Shown one piece after another: positions 32,360-41,803 of a stretch of 56,380 bases of DNA. Position 1 is the first letter of the stretch; the number at the start of each line of letters is the position of its first letter. The notes beneath the pieces were generated by a model. That model ran no database searches and had not been told where the DNA came from. It saw only the letters and a list, made by a program, of their open reading frames with translations. The translations under genes and the position numbers were made by a program. The stretch spans positions 1-56,380 of the forward strand of contig JANRJA010000226.1 in the NCBI GenBank assembly GCA_033764315.1. The letters run 5' to 3'. This DNA comes from Oculatellaceae cyanobacterium bins.114 (GTDB lineage: Bacteria; Cyanobacteriota; Cyanobacteriia; Elainellales; Elainellaceae).

Positions 32360-32592
32360 CTAAACCTTCGTGAAAAAATTTAGATACTACCTAATCATTC
32401 TAGCGGTTCTGGTGAGTGTTGGCTCAGAATGGGGATCAATTCGCCCGAAAACAACAATCTTATCGATGGATGCACCCAGGAAGACTTCAAACTTCATGCA
32501 TAGGCAACCTGTTTGCTACGTAATTACACTGTAGTTGCGTAGAACATACCGTTATTCTACTCACCTCTCTTCCAAAGATATTTAAAGAATTT

Positions 32593-33339
32593 ATGTTGTT
32601 GCATCTCAGTACATGGGTTGAGGTTGAGGATTATTTGACTCAATCTCAGGGATTGATCATTCCCATTGGTTCTACGGAACAGCATGGTCCTACTGGATTG
32701 ATCGGAACAGATGCTATTTGCGCTGAAGCGATCGCCCGTGGGGTGGGCGACATCACCCATGCGCTTGTTGCTCCTACGATTAACGTAGGCATGGCACTGC
32801 ACCATACAGCTTTCCCAGGCAGCATTAGCCTTCGCCCCAGCACACTCATCTTAGTGATTCGTGATTACATCACGTGTCTGGCTCAAGCGGGTTTCACCAA
32901 ATTCTTCTTCATTAATGGACATGGCGGCAATATTTCAACTCTGAAAGCCGCATTTGCAGAAACCTATGCTGTACTCGCCGATCGCAGTATTCCCAATGCC
33001 GATCAAGTGCAATGTCGTCTGGCAAATTGGTTTACCTGTGCCTCTGTTTATAAATTGGCAAAGGAATTATATGACCATCAGGAGGGGTCCCACGCCACCC
33101 CCAGTGAGGTGGCCGTTACTCAATATCTTTACCCAGATGCCATTAAACAAGCTCCGTTGTCTTCTGAAGTGGCTTCTGGGCATCCTACCTATGGGGCAAT
33201 CGATTTTCGCCGTCGTTATGCAGATGGGCGGATGGGCTCTAATCCTGCCTTGGCAACTCCAGAACAGGGTAAACAGTTTTATGACCTTGCCATTAAGGAA
33301 TTAAGTCACACCTACTTGGAGTTTTTAAAGCAAGCTTGA
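32593..33339 (+). CDS. Creatininase family amidohydrolase
   Basis: PIGSTEQHGP, HHTAFPGS, NGHGGN, SHATPSE. Confidence 0.92.
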   Translation: MLLHLSTWVEVEDYLTQSQGLIIPIGSTEQHGPTGLIGTDAICAEAIARGVGDITHALVAPTINVGMALHHTAFPGSISLRPSTLILVIRDYITCLAQAGFTKFFFINGHGGNISTLKAAFAETYAVLADRSIPNADQVQCRLANWFTCASVYKLAKELYDHQEGSHATPSEVAVTQYLYPDAIKQAPLSSEVASGHPTYGAIDFRRRYADGRMGSNPALATPEQGKQFYDLAIKELSHTYLEFLKQA

Positions 33340-33379
33340 TACAGCTAAAACTCCACAAAAACACGGAAAGACTAACACC

Positions 33380-33393
33380 GTATGTCGCAATAC
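33380..33393 (+). promoter_or_regulatory. Possible NtcA box
   Basis: GTA-TGTCGCAA-TAC, with an imperfect -10 (CACAAT) 23 nt downstream. Confidence 0.3.
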
Positions 33394-33473
33394 AAACATA
33401 GGCTTCAAGCGATCGGCACAATTGAAATGGTTATAGAACGCAGATTGATTGATCTATCTTTTTTGGCGGCAGA

Positions 33474-34283
33474 GTGAACGCTATGAAACCCATCTGGAAC
33501 CCACAACTCGTGTATGACCACTATTTCAGTAGTGGCAGCTATACCGCCCGATATCCTGTTTACAACCAACGGAGTCTAGATGTCATTCTCAGGTATGCTC
33601 AAAACGTAGACCGTGTGTTGGATTTTGGCTGTGGTGAGGGGCGTTACACCCTGCCACTTTTGCAACATACTTCGGCTTCAGTTATGGCTTGTGACATTTC
33701 TAGTCATGCGATCGCCCATCTCAAGCAAAAATTGAGTGGTTGTCCCATTCCCTGGAGCGATCGCACGACCTTCATTGAAGGGGATGTTCATCAAATTGAC
33801 TCTCACTTCAAATTTGATGTGGTGATTGCCATGTTTGGGGTTCTCTCTCATATTGCTGGACAAAAAACACGCATTGAGATTCTGCAAACCCTGCGGCAGA
33901 TGCTCCATGCTGATGGCAAAGGAGTGATGATTATTAGTGTGCCTAATGCTCGTCGTCGGTTCTTTGGCGAGCAGATAAAGCATACATTTCTGCGAGAGTA
34001 TTATGGGTCTACCTCAATGGCTAATGAACCAGGGGATATTGTTTACAGTCGAACCTTTAATAATCAAGCAACGTATGAAATGTATTATCATCTCTACACA
34101 GTAAACTCGCTCAAATATGAGCTACATCAGGCGGGGTTTCAGTTAACTAAAGTGATGGCTGAAAGTGTGTTTTCAGAATCAAGAATCACTCGTAATCCTA
34201 TTTTTCACAGCCTTGACAAAACGCTGACAGATATTACACCTGCCTGTTTAGGCTATGGAATATTGGCGATCGCCACAACCTGA
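33474..34283 (+). CDS. Class I SAM-dependent methyltransferase
   Basis: VLDFGCGEGR, ACDIS, FDVVIAMFGVLSHI. Confidence 0.88.
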   Translation: MNAMKPIWNPQLVYDHYFSSGSYTARYPVYNQRSLDVILRYAQNVDRVLDFGCGEGRYTLPLLQHTSASVMACDISSHAIAHLKQKLSGCPIPWSDRTTFIEGDVHQIDSHFKFDVVIAMFGVLSHIAGQKTRIEILQTLRQMLHADGKGVMIISVPNARRRFFGEQIKHTFLREYYGSTSMANEPGDIVYSRTFNNQATYEMYYHLYTVNSLKYELHQAGFQLTKVMAESVFSESRITRNPIFHSLDKTLTDITPACLGYGILAIATT

Positions 34284-34352
34284 TGCCGTCCCTCTTGCAC
34301 TGCTTTAAATTAGGATAAATAGGGCTACTAGTTGTCGTGGTTTATGTGCCGT

Positions 34353-36566
34353 TTATTGCAGCAATATTCTGCTGCGTTCGTCAGCTTGAGATACTCTTTC
34401 TGCTAATAGTTTGGCAATAAATTGATGGCAGGCTGAGGCTAATTGAGGTTCCTCTTGCTCTAATTGGGCTAGTGCTTCACGAGATAACCGATAAAGGCTA
34501 CAAGGTTCATCGGCGATCGCAGATACAGAATGAACTGATTCTTGATAAAACCCCACTTCCCCAATCACTGTGCCTTCGCTCACCGTTCCCATGCGAACGA
34601 CTTCCCCATCTCCTAACTCCTGCAAAATCGAAATTTGCCCCGATTCAACAAAATAAATGGCTTCAGATGGATCTCCCTGACGATACAAGCAATATCCGGC
34701 TTGAACTTTAAGCTTTTCTAATCGATTCAAAAATTTAGTTGTCTTGTTCGGTAAAGGAAAGACATCTTCTAGCTGGATCGTGAGAGGAACAAAGCGTTTA
34801 CGCCGAAAGGTGCCCCGTCTTAAAATCTGGTTTTCACACCATTCAACCCCATGATCTAGATCAGGAAAGGTACGAGTTACAACATCTGGTTTCTCTTCAT
34901 CTCCAATGACATCAATTACGTGGCTTTGTGATAGTTTTCCTTCGATATCAGGAGACAAATCAGTCAGGACAAGCGTCACACCAAACTGTTTTGCTAACCG
35001 CCGCATTTTAATAAAACTGATAACGGATGACGAATCTAATCCTCCTGTTAATTGAAAATCAATCACCAAGAAACTGATTTTGGTCAAGGTTTTATTATTG
35101 AGACGGCTTCGGACATGTTCTAATAGCGTGTTGGCAGTCCCAAAAAAAATATAACCTTGCAATCGTAAGATATAGAGTTCTTCTCCTTTTTCTTGAAGCA
35201 ATCTCTTTTGATGAAACGATCGCTCAAAGTTACTTCTAAAGCTGACGCCCGAAAGAGCATTTTTAATAACTCGAAGCTTACTGTAGTTCAACACAAATAA
35301 AACACAAGCAATAATAACTCCAAAACCAACTCCTTCTAAAAACCCTAAGTTGGCGACAATAAGAAGAATAATAATTACTAAAATATAATCGAGTCGAGCT
35401 AACTCAAACCAAGATTGATAAACCCATTCAAACAGGAGAGATAAGCCTATATACAATAGCAATCCTCCAAAAATTGCCTTTGGAAGATACGCCAAAAATG
35501 ACACTCCAAAGATAAGAAATGTTGCACATAATGTGGCTGCAAAAACCCCTGCAAACCGATTGGTTGCACCCGCCTTATAATTAAGTATGGTTCGACTAAT
35601 GGATAAATAGCCTGCCATTCCACCGCACAACCCCGTCATAATATTGGCAATTCCAGCTGTGCGAAGCTCTTTGTCTAAATCGACATCAGTCTGAGTTGCC
35701 AATTCAATGCCAGAAGCACACAGCAGAATAGTAATTGCAACTACCGCAACCAGGGTCATCAAACTCCCCAATTGATTTCCAATAACTGACCAATCGACTT
35801 GTAACAAAGCCGTTAAATTAGAGGATTGCCATAAACTACCATTGGCTAAAGCCTCAAACAATAGCCCTTGGCTGCGAGCCTGCTCAATGGAGATACCAAT
35901 CATTCGGAGCAGCAGGTAAAAGCCTGCGATCGCTATTAGCGTGATACCGGGTAGTAATACGGGACTTTTATAACGACGCAGGATAATTTGTAAGGTAAAT
36001 GCTAGAAATACGCCCGGTAGCCAGTGAAGTAAAAATGAAGAGTCAAATAGAGATGGCAAGTAGGTCATATCGAGCGATTTGCCCGTCATGACTTTAAAGG
36101 AGCCTTGGGTTAGCAACCAACCCACCCCAGCCAAAAACCCACCAATTACTGGATAAGGAATAAACCGAATGAAGCTACCGAGGCGAAGTCGCCCCAAGGT
36201 AAAAAGACACAATCCTGTAATCACCGTACTAAGTGCGATCGCAAGCCAAACAGTTGGGAAGACTAGATCTGTAGAATTAGAAGAGAGGATGCTTGTGGCG
36301 ATCGCAGCCGCCATTAACGACAAAATTGCAGAGGCATTAGAGTCGGGACCTGCAATCGTAAACGGGAGAGAACTGTAAAGGGCTACCCAAAATGCATTGA
36401 TGGTTCCGCTGATGAGAGCACAACTAATACCTAAAGGGATGTATTCTGCTAAATCGCCTGAAAATACTAAAGCGGCATATGAAATGCTATAAATCAACGT
36501 GACTAGCCCAGAAATCGTACCGGCAAATATATTTGGCAAGAGATCACGAAATTTTAGACGATTCAT
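34353..36566 (-). CDS. SulP family anion transporter with STAS and cNMP-binding domains
   Basis: IAGPDS, RFIPYPVIGGFLAG, LQGYIFFGTA, DSSSV (STAS), QGDPSEAIYFVESG..GEVGFY (CNBD). ATG at 36566. Confidence 0.92.
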   Translation of the reverse strand: MNRLKFRDLLPNIFAGTISGLVTLIYSISYAALVFSGDLAEYIPLGISCALISGTINAFWVALYSSLPFTIAGPDSNASAILSLMAAAIATSILSSNSTDLVFPTVWLAIALSTVITGLCLFTLGRLRLGSFIRFIPYPVIGGFLAGVGWLLTQGSFKVMTGKSLDMTYLPSLFDSSFLLHWLPGVFLAFTLQIILRRYKSPVLLPGITLIAIAGFYLLLRMIGISIEQARSQGLLFEALANGSLWQSSNLTALLQVDWSVIGNQLGSLMTLVAVVAITILLCASGIELATQTDVDLDKELRTAGIANIMTGLCGGMAGYLSISRTILNYKAGATNRFAGVFAATLCATFLIFGVSFLAYLPKAIFGGLLLYIGLSLLFEWVYQSWFELARLDYILVIIILLIVANLGFLEGVGFGVIIACVLFVLNYSKLRVIKNALSGVSFRSNFERSFHQKRLLQEKGEELYILRLQGYIFFGTANTLLEHVRSRLNNKTLTKISFLVIDFQLTGGLDSSSVISFIKMRRLAKQFGVTLVLTDLSPDIEGKLSQSHVIDVIGDEEKPDVVTRTFPDLDHGVEWCENQILRRGTFRRKRFVPLTIQLEDVFPLPNKTTKFLNRLEKLKVQAGYCLYRQGDPSEAIYFVESGQISILQELGDGEVVRMGTVSEGTVIGEVGFYQESVHSVSAIADEPCSLYRLSREALAQLEQEEPQLASACHQFIAKLLAERVSQADERSRILLQ

Positions 36567-36674
36567 GGGCAATTTCTGGGGTATTCGTACTGTAATTCTC
36601 TAGCAGCTTGGTATAAAAAAGTATACTATTCCCATTTAATAAACCCTAATTCAAAACTAGTTCAGGTTTACTAT

Positions 36675-36709
36675 CTCTTCAAAATATAGTTACTCTTCAA
36701 AAATATAGT
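36675..36709. promoter_or_regulatory. Direct repeat in divergent promoter
   Basis: CTCTTCAAAATATAGT-TA-CTCTTCAAAAATATAGT. Confidence 0.45.
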
Positions 36710-36721
36710 CATTACAATCCC

Positions 36722-38236
36722 ATGCAGCCAGTTTCCCATTCCTACAAACAGCGTAGAACTTTGAGCCTTAAAGCAAAATTGGCAGGTGCCATCTTGATAA
36801 CGGTCAGTGCAACGGCTGCAATTGTTCATTTTCCGTGGTTGTGGGCTTCAAGTAGAAACATTAATAGCATCGTTGACCAACTGAATGAAGCGATTACTCG
36901 GCAAACTTCTCGCGAAGTGGGTAATATTTTTAGTAATGTCAAGTCTGCCCAAGTTTTAATTCAATCCACTTTTCTTAGTGGCATGGTTGATTTGAACAAT
37001 AAGCAGGCGCGGGAAGAATTTTATTTAAATGTATTAGAAGCAAATCCCAATCTCACATGGGTGCAATTTGGTTATCCTAACGGAAACTATCTAGGATTGC
37101 AGCGAGGGGAAAACGGTAGAATTAATATTATTAATCGGGTATACAACCCTCAGACAGAACAAGCCACTAAAACCGTTGAATCTTATCAAAGAATAGGACG
37201 CAATCTTCAATTAATTGGTACTGAGACAAAGCCAGAAACCTATTACGCACCGCAGCGTCCTTGGTATCAAGCTGCAATGGCAAATAGAGGCGAACAAGCC
37301 TGGACGAATGTTTATGTATTTGCTACAGGTAAAGTACCTGGAATTGATTCAGCTATTACTTTAGAAGATCAGGGGCGATTATTAGGAGTCATTAGTATTG
37401 CCTTTGATTTAAAGCAAATTGCTGCGTTTTTAAAGCATCTTCAAGGCGATCGCGATGGGGCAATCTTTATTGTTAATTCTCGTGGAGAGTTAATTGCTTT
37501 CAACGATCCACAAGCAATGGAATATACCCTCACTGGGCAAGATACAGCAAAACTGATTACTATTGCTGGCTCTAAAAATAATTACTTAAGTTTTGCTTAC
37601 CAAACCTTTCAAGCCAATAACGTTTCTCTGACTCAACTGCACTCTCGTTTTAGTGATATTTTCAGAGATCCTGAAACAGGTGAACGATATTATATTTCGA
37701 TCGCCCCTCTAAATCATTTAGATTGGTCAGTTGGCACCGTTATTCCTGAGTCAAATTATCTTGGCGAAATTAATCGCAATAAAACAACCTTGTTTTTTAT
37801 TGTTTCAGGCTTCATCGTTGTAGCCGCTGGAACAGCCATGTTTCTAACAGATCGGTTTATCGCTCGACCTGTGATGAATATTGCTAAAGCTGCGGCAGAT
37901 ATTGAGGCTGAGAAGTTTGAGATTAATTGCTTGAACCAAGTTGCAAAACAAGATGATGAATTAGGTCAACTTGCTCGTGTGTTTCAAAACATGGCTCGTG
38001 AGGTTTATGCACGGGAGCAACGGTTAAAGCAGACAGTTCAAGAATTACGCATTGAGATTGATGAAACTAAACGCAAAAAACAAGTAAATGAAATTGTTGA
38101 ATCTGATTTCTTTCAAGATTTACAAGCAAAAGCTCGGGTAGCTCGTAATCGTTTAGGTAGTGCTGCTCGACGTGAGATGGAAGAAGAGATTAAGCCTGAT
38201 GCTCCAAAAGCCTCGATTGATTCTGAGAATCTTTAG
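36722..38236 (+). CDS. Membrane sensor: TM-dCache-TM-HAMP with short C-terminal helix, no catalytic output domain
   Basis: YYAPQRPWY..WTNVY Cache motif, DDELGQLARVFQNM HAMP, tail LRIEIDETKRKKQVNEIVESDFFQDLQAKAR. Confidence 0.85.
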   Translation: MQPVSHSYKQRRTLSLKAKLAGAILITVSATAAIVHFPWLWASSRNINSIVDQLNEAITRQTSREVGNIFSNVKSAQVLIQSTFLSGMVDLNNKQAREEFYLNVLEANPNLTWVQFGYPNGNYLGLQRGENGRINIINRVYNPQTEQATKTVESYQRIGRNLQLIGTETKPETYYAPQRPWYQAAMANRGEQAWTNVYVFATGKVPGIDSAITLEDQGRLLGVISIAFDLKQIAAFLKHLQGDRDGAIFIVNSRGELIAFNDPQAMEYTLTGQDTAKLITIAGSKNNYLSFAYQTFQANNVSLTQLHSRFSDIFRDPETGERYYISIAPLNHLDWSVGTVIPESNYLGEINRNKTTLFFIVSGFIVVAAGTAMFLTDRFIARPVMNIAKAAADIEAEKFEINCLNQVAKQDDELGQLARVFQNMAREVYAREQRLKQTVQELRIEIDETKRKKQVNEIVESDFFQDLQAKARVARNRLGSAARREMEEEIKPDAPKASIDSENL

Positions 38237-38353
38237 ATAGATAGCATCATTGCTTGAGATAGAGAGAAAATACCTCTTAAGCAGGTCATTTATTAGGCAT
38301 CTGTTGGATAAGCTCTAGTTAGTTTACTAATAGAGTTTACAAAGGAGCTATTA

Positions 38354-38650
38354 ATGGCTGACATTACTAATACAAATACAGATGTAAATCAAACTTATGA
38401 TGCAAAAATGCTTGCAGAAGAAGTTGCCACGAGCGAAGAAAAAGTAGTGCCCTCTGTGAACGTAGAGGCTGATTACGAAGCATCTAAGCAGTTTAGTGAA
38501 GGGTCGGGAGATCCATCTGAAATGGAGCCTGCGATTGAATCTCCATTGATGTCGGGTGAGTCAGCAGAGCCCTTTGAAGCTGAGTCTACAGGCGATCCGG
38601 CTGATTTTCGGAAGATGGCTCAAGAGGTTAATCCTCAACTCAAACCATAA
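38354..38650 (+). CDS. Small acidic hypothetical protein
   Basis: SD AAGGAG, 98 aa, followed by a terminator. Confidence 0.7.
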   Translation: MADITNTNTDVNQTYDAKMLAEEVATSEEKVVPSVNVEADYEASKQFSEGSGDPSEMEPAIESPLMSGESAEPFEAESTGDPADFRKMAQEVNPQLKP

Positions 38651-38678
38651 GTCGTTTTAGCCTCATTAAAGAGTAATG

Positions 38679-38715
38679 ACAAGCCTGAATTTCTAATATT
38701 TAGGCTTGTTTTTTA
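38679..38715 (+). terminator. Rho-independent terminator
   Basis: ACAAGCCTGAAT..ATTTAGGCTTGT followed by a T run. Confidence 0.7.
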
Positions 38716-38785
38716 ATATGGCAATCTTTTTTGTGAAAAATGCTTTGTTATTAGTTGTTGGTTATGGGTTAATAGACATGATGTG

Positions 38786-38904
38786 TAATACCCATTCTCC
38801 AAATTCAAGCTACTGATCACGCTGCCTTCGACTGCGCTCAGTCAGCGTTCCCTGAGCGTAGTCAAAGGGGACATCTATAGGACTACTTTAAGGAATTGGT
38901 GTAA
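38786..38904. mobile_element. MITE family A (TAATACC..GGTGTAA) with internal REP-like doublet
   Basis: Closely similar to 43699-43822. Cargo CCTTCGACTGCGCTCAG..CTGAGCGTAGTCAAAGG. Confidence 0.85.
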
Positions 38905-38915
38905 TTTAGGGATTT

Positions 38916-38982
38916 AGATCCTTGGTTTCTTATTGAAAACGATTGCAAGTTGCCTGGTTGCACTCCTGGAAACCGTAGATCT
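38916..38982. repeat. Decayed AGATCCCCGG-family inverted repeat
   Basis: AGATCCTTGGTTTCT..GGAAACCGTAGATCT. Same 67-bp span as the 2117 copy. Confidence 0.55.
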
Positions 38983-39174
38983 GGATAAGGTTAATAGAGT
39001 TATTGGTTAATAGCTACCACTAATTTTTATACACTTTCTGTACACTCAAAAGCGATGAAAAATTATTGCAAACTATACAAAAAATATGGGCATGCAATTG
39101 ATAGCATACCCATGTTTTTATGCTGGATATATTTTGACGATTTCAATCTCACTCAATTGAATCTACTAATCTGA

Positions 39175-39570
39175 TTAGACCTCAGTCTTGATTTCGCCAG
39201 TGGTTGTTCCAGCGTTAAGTTGAGGATTCTTCTCAGCAAAGTAGCTGTTGAGGAATGTATTCACCAAAGACAAAATAATTGGACCCAAAATAAATGCTAG
39301 AAGTCCTCTAACAGAAAATCCGGGAACGAAGAGGGATGCTAACCAGAAGCACAATCCATTAATGACTAATGAAAAGGCTCCAAAACTCACTATGTTTAAG
39401 GGTAACGATAGGGTCGAGAGGATAGGACGAATAGAAGAGTTAAAGAAACCAACTACAACAGCCGCAATGATTGCAGCTGGAAAGTTGGCAAGATTGACGC
39501 CTGGAACGACTAAATCGACAACTAACAGGCTGAGAGCAGTGGCAACTAGCGTAAGCAGAGTTCCAACCAT
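39175..39570 (-). CDS. 4-TM membrane protein, YvlD/'phage holin' family
   Basis: VPGV..AIIAAVVVG..NSSIRPIL..LSLPLN..GAFSLVING..PGF. Confidence 0.85.
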   Translation of the reverse strand: MVGTLLTLVATALSLLVVDLVVPGVNLANFPAAIIAAVVVGFFNSSIRPILSTLSLPLNIVSFGAFSLVINGLCFWLASLFVPGFSVRGLLAFILGPIILSLVNTFLNSYFAEKNPQLNAGTTTGEIKTEV

Positions 39571-39764
39571 AGGTTTTTCCTCAATTTATAATCAACAAAG
39601 TTTTTCTAATGCATATCCATCCTCTAATAAGAAACGGTATAAAACCTCTCCTGAGAGACAGATTAACAGCCCTCTAAAACGATTTACAGATAATGCTTGC
39701 GATGGAGGTGTTAAATAAGCCTTTTTGAAAGAATGGGGTATAGGTTTATTTAGGAAGAACGGAT

Positions 39765-39953
39765 ATGAAGATACTACGAATCCTTTTGGGCATTCTTGTG
39801 CCTCCTTTAGGAATTTTCTTAACCTATGGTGTTAGCACAACTCTGCTGATTAATGTTGTTTTGACTCTTTTAGGTTGGCTTCCTGGTAGCATTCACGCTG
39901 TTTGGGCGATCGCCAAGCATTACGAATTGAACCGTCAAGAAGGCGTTTATTAG
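39765..39953 (+). CDS. YqaE/Pmp3 family membrane proteolipid
   Basis: ILVPPLGIFL..INVVLTLLGWLPGSIHAVW. Confidence 0.9.
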   Translation: MKILRILLGILVPPLGIFLTYGVSTTLLINVVLTLLGWLPGSIHAVWAIAKHYELNRQEGVY

Positions 39954-40020
39954 TCAACCTTTGGTTTGTCCGACACTTTAGTTTGTCTGACACCTATTGA
40001 CGTGGGGTCGGTGGTGGAGC

Positions 40021-40058
40021 ATCAGTAGTCAGTTTTAATCTGGCTACTGATATTTTTT
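40021..40058. terminator. Terminator between convergent genes
   Basis: ATCAGTAGTCAG..CTGGCTACTGAT followed by ATTTTTT. Confidence 0.65.
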
Positions 40059-40083
40059 GAGATTTTTTATTTAAGTTTATTGT

Positions 40084-40815
40084 TCAGGGTTTATCTAAGT
40101 CTTGTTCACTGTCTTGTTCACTGTCTTGTTCAATCATGGGTTGAATGAGCTGACGGCACTCTTCAACAGTCGCGTTTTGTTGCATAGCTGTCACCAGTGT
40201 TTGATAAGCGGACTGGTGGGCTTGAATCAAGGTCTTTGCTTGCAAAATTCCCCATCGTATTTTGAGTTCTGCTTCGGTTGGCGATCGCCCCAGTTGTGAC
40301 CACAGCATTTGCAAGGTTTGGCGATCGCTACTGCCGCCTTCGACAGTGCTATAGCTCAACGTTTCAGCGGCAATGCCTGCCATCCACACTGTGCAGTAGC
40401 GGTCAATCAGTTGATCGGAAAGATTGCCTTGCTCTAGCTCTGCGTCTAATTCTTGACAATCGACGCTCACTCCACCCTGTCCGGGTTGCCCCTGGCGAAA
40501 GGCTGCCCATGCGCTGAGAGTGTAGCCCGTAATCGGAATATTTAGAAGGTGAGCGGTGAGGAAATGTCCTGCTTCGTGGTGCAGAACGCGATCGCGATGC
40601 TCGGCTGAAAAGTTAGCCAGCCAATCCAACAACAACGTAGACCCTTTTCCTTGCCAACTCAATGTATCGACTGTGGCAAGACCGAGTAGACCAAAGGCCG
40701 CGATCGCAGGCACCGTTGGAGAAAGATGCACTAAGGGCCCCACCAGACTCAGTAGCACAAATGAAAAAATAGTAATAGCGGTCAAATTGAGACTAATTTG
40801 GCTCACGGACAGCAT
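40084..40815 (-). CDS. Peptidase M41-like Zn metalloprotease lacking the AAA domain
   Basis: RVLHHEAGHFL, MAGIAAE. Two N-terminal TM helices. C-terminal EQDS-like 12-bp repeat x3. Confidence 0.85.
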   Translation of the reverse strand: MLSVSQISLNLTAITIFSFVLLSLVGPLVHLSPTVPAIAAFGLLGLATVDTLSWQGKGSTLLLDWLANFSAEHRDRVLHHEAGHFLTAHLLNIPITGYTLSAWAAFRQGQPGQGGVSVDCQELDAELEQGNLSDQLIDRYCTVWMAGIAAETLSYSTVEGGSSDRQTLQMLWSQLGRSPTEAELKIRWGILQAKTLIQAHQSAYQTLVTAMQQNATVEECRQLIQPMIEQDSEQDSEQDLDKP

Positions 40816-41629
40816 CTCCTGGAGATGGAAACAACGTTCTCGCTTTGTAAAAGGTTTCTAAACTGGTGCGATCGCCTACAAATCGCCAGTGCCAGGGTTC
40901 ATAGCTCAAGCCCTGAGGGTTATTCTGCGGAAAAGACAGTTCAAAGTCAAAACGGGAGGCATTTTGTTCTAACCAGTGAAAGGCTGGAGTCGTGTCAAAG
41001 CTAATTTCTAAATCGGTGTCTGAGCGGGTGCCATCGACGATATCAATCGCATAACCTGTGTGGTGTTCGCTGTAGCCTGGAGGAGCACTAACCTCTGCTC
41101 GGTCAACGGGGCGTTGTCCCTGCTGCCGTTGCTCAAAAAACACACGCTCTTGATCTTCGATAGAACGGAACCCAGAAAGAGGAATAAGGATGATCCCTGC
41201 GTCACTGGCAGCCGCTGCCATAGCTGTAAATTTCTCGGCGGCTAGACGACGCAATTTAACCCGACCATCTGCTGTAAGTGCTTCTAGGGTATTGGCGGGA
41301 GCCTCCTCATAGGGTAAATGCCCTAATAAGGATGGAGTCGTAAGGGGAATGCCTGCTTTAATCAAGGCTGGTTGCAAACCTGATTCGGTGGCGACCGCTA
41401 TGGCGGTTGATGGAGTGGGGCTTAACCAGATTTTGAGAACAAAACTAAGAACTAAGGCGATCGCTAAGCCAAGCAACATCCAAACCCAAAAGGGTTGTCG
41501 TGTTGACTGAGGCTGGGATTTAGTGCCTGTTGGCTCTCGCCTAGTGGTCTCTCGCAATGCCTCAGGAATGTCATCCAGAGGGGGAGTAGACAGTTTAGGT
41601 GGTTCTCCAGAAAGATCAGCGTTGCTCAC
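40793..41629 (-). CDS. D-alanyl-D-alanine carboxypeptidase (VanY/M15B)
   Basis: SGFRS, SAPPGYSEHHTGYAID, YEPWHWRFVG. Confidence 0.92.
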   Translation of the reverse strand: MSNADLSGEPPKLSTPPLDDIPEALRETTRREPTGTKSQPQSTRQPFWVWMLLGLAIALVLSFVLKIWLSPTPSTAIAVATESGLQPALIKAGIPLTTPSLLGHLPYEEAPANTLEALTADGRVKLRRLAAEKFTAMAAAASDAGIILIPLSGFRSIEDQERVFFEQRQQGQRPVDRAEVSAPPGYSEHHTGYAIDIVDGTRSDTDLEISFDTTPAFHWLEQNASRFDFELSFPQNNPQGLSYEPWHWRFVGDRTSLETFYKARTLFPSPGDAVREPN

Positions 41630-41803
41630 AACGGACTCCCTATGGCTATGAACTCATGACATTAGTGATTGTAGTCTGGCATAGAGCTTCTATGCCGCTT
41701 GATGGGGTCTGCAAAATAGGTAAAGAGACCTTATTCCTAATTCCTACAAAAGGGGGTGGGAGCAAACAGGTGAATTATGTGAAATCTATCGTCTCAAAAA
41801 CTG

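Noticed and set aside
39175-39570. Prophage suggested by the 'phage holin' family gene
   Set aside because: No lysin, capsid, terminase or integrase nearby. The family is common in chromosomal contexts.
40793-41629. Vancomycin-resistance cluster (VanX-like at window start plus VanY-like here)
   Set aside because: The genes are 40 kb apart with no D-Ala-D-Lac ligase, VanH or VanRS. They are ordinary cell-wall peptidases.
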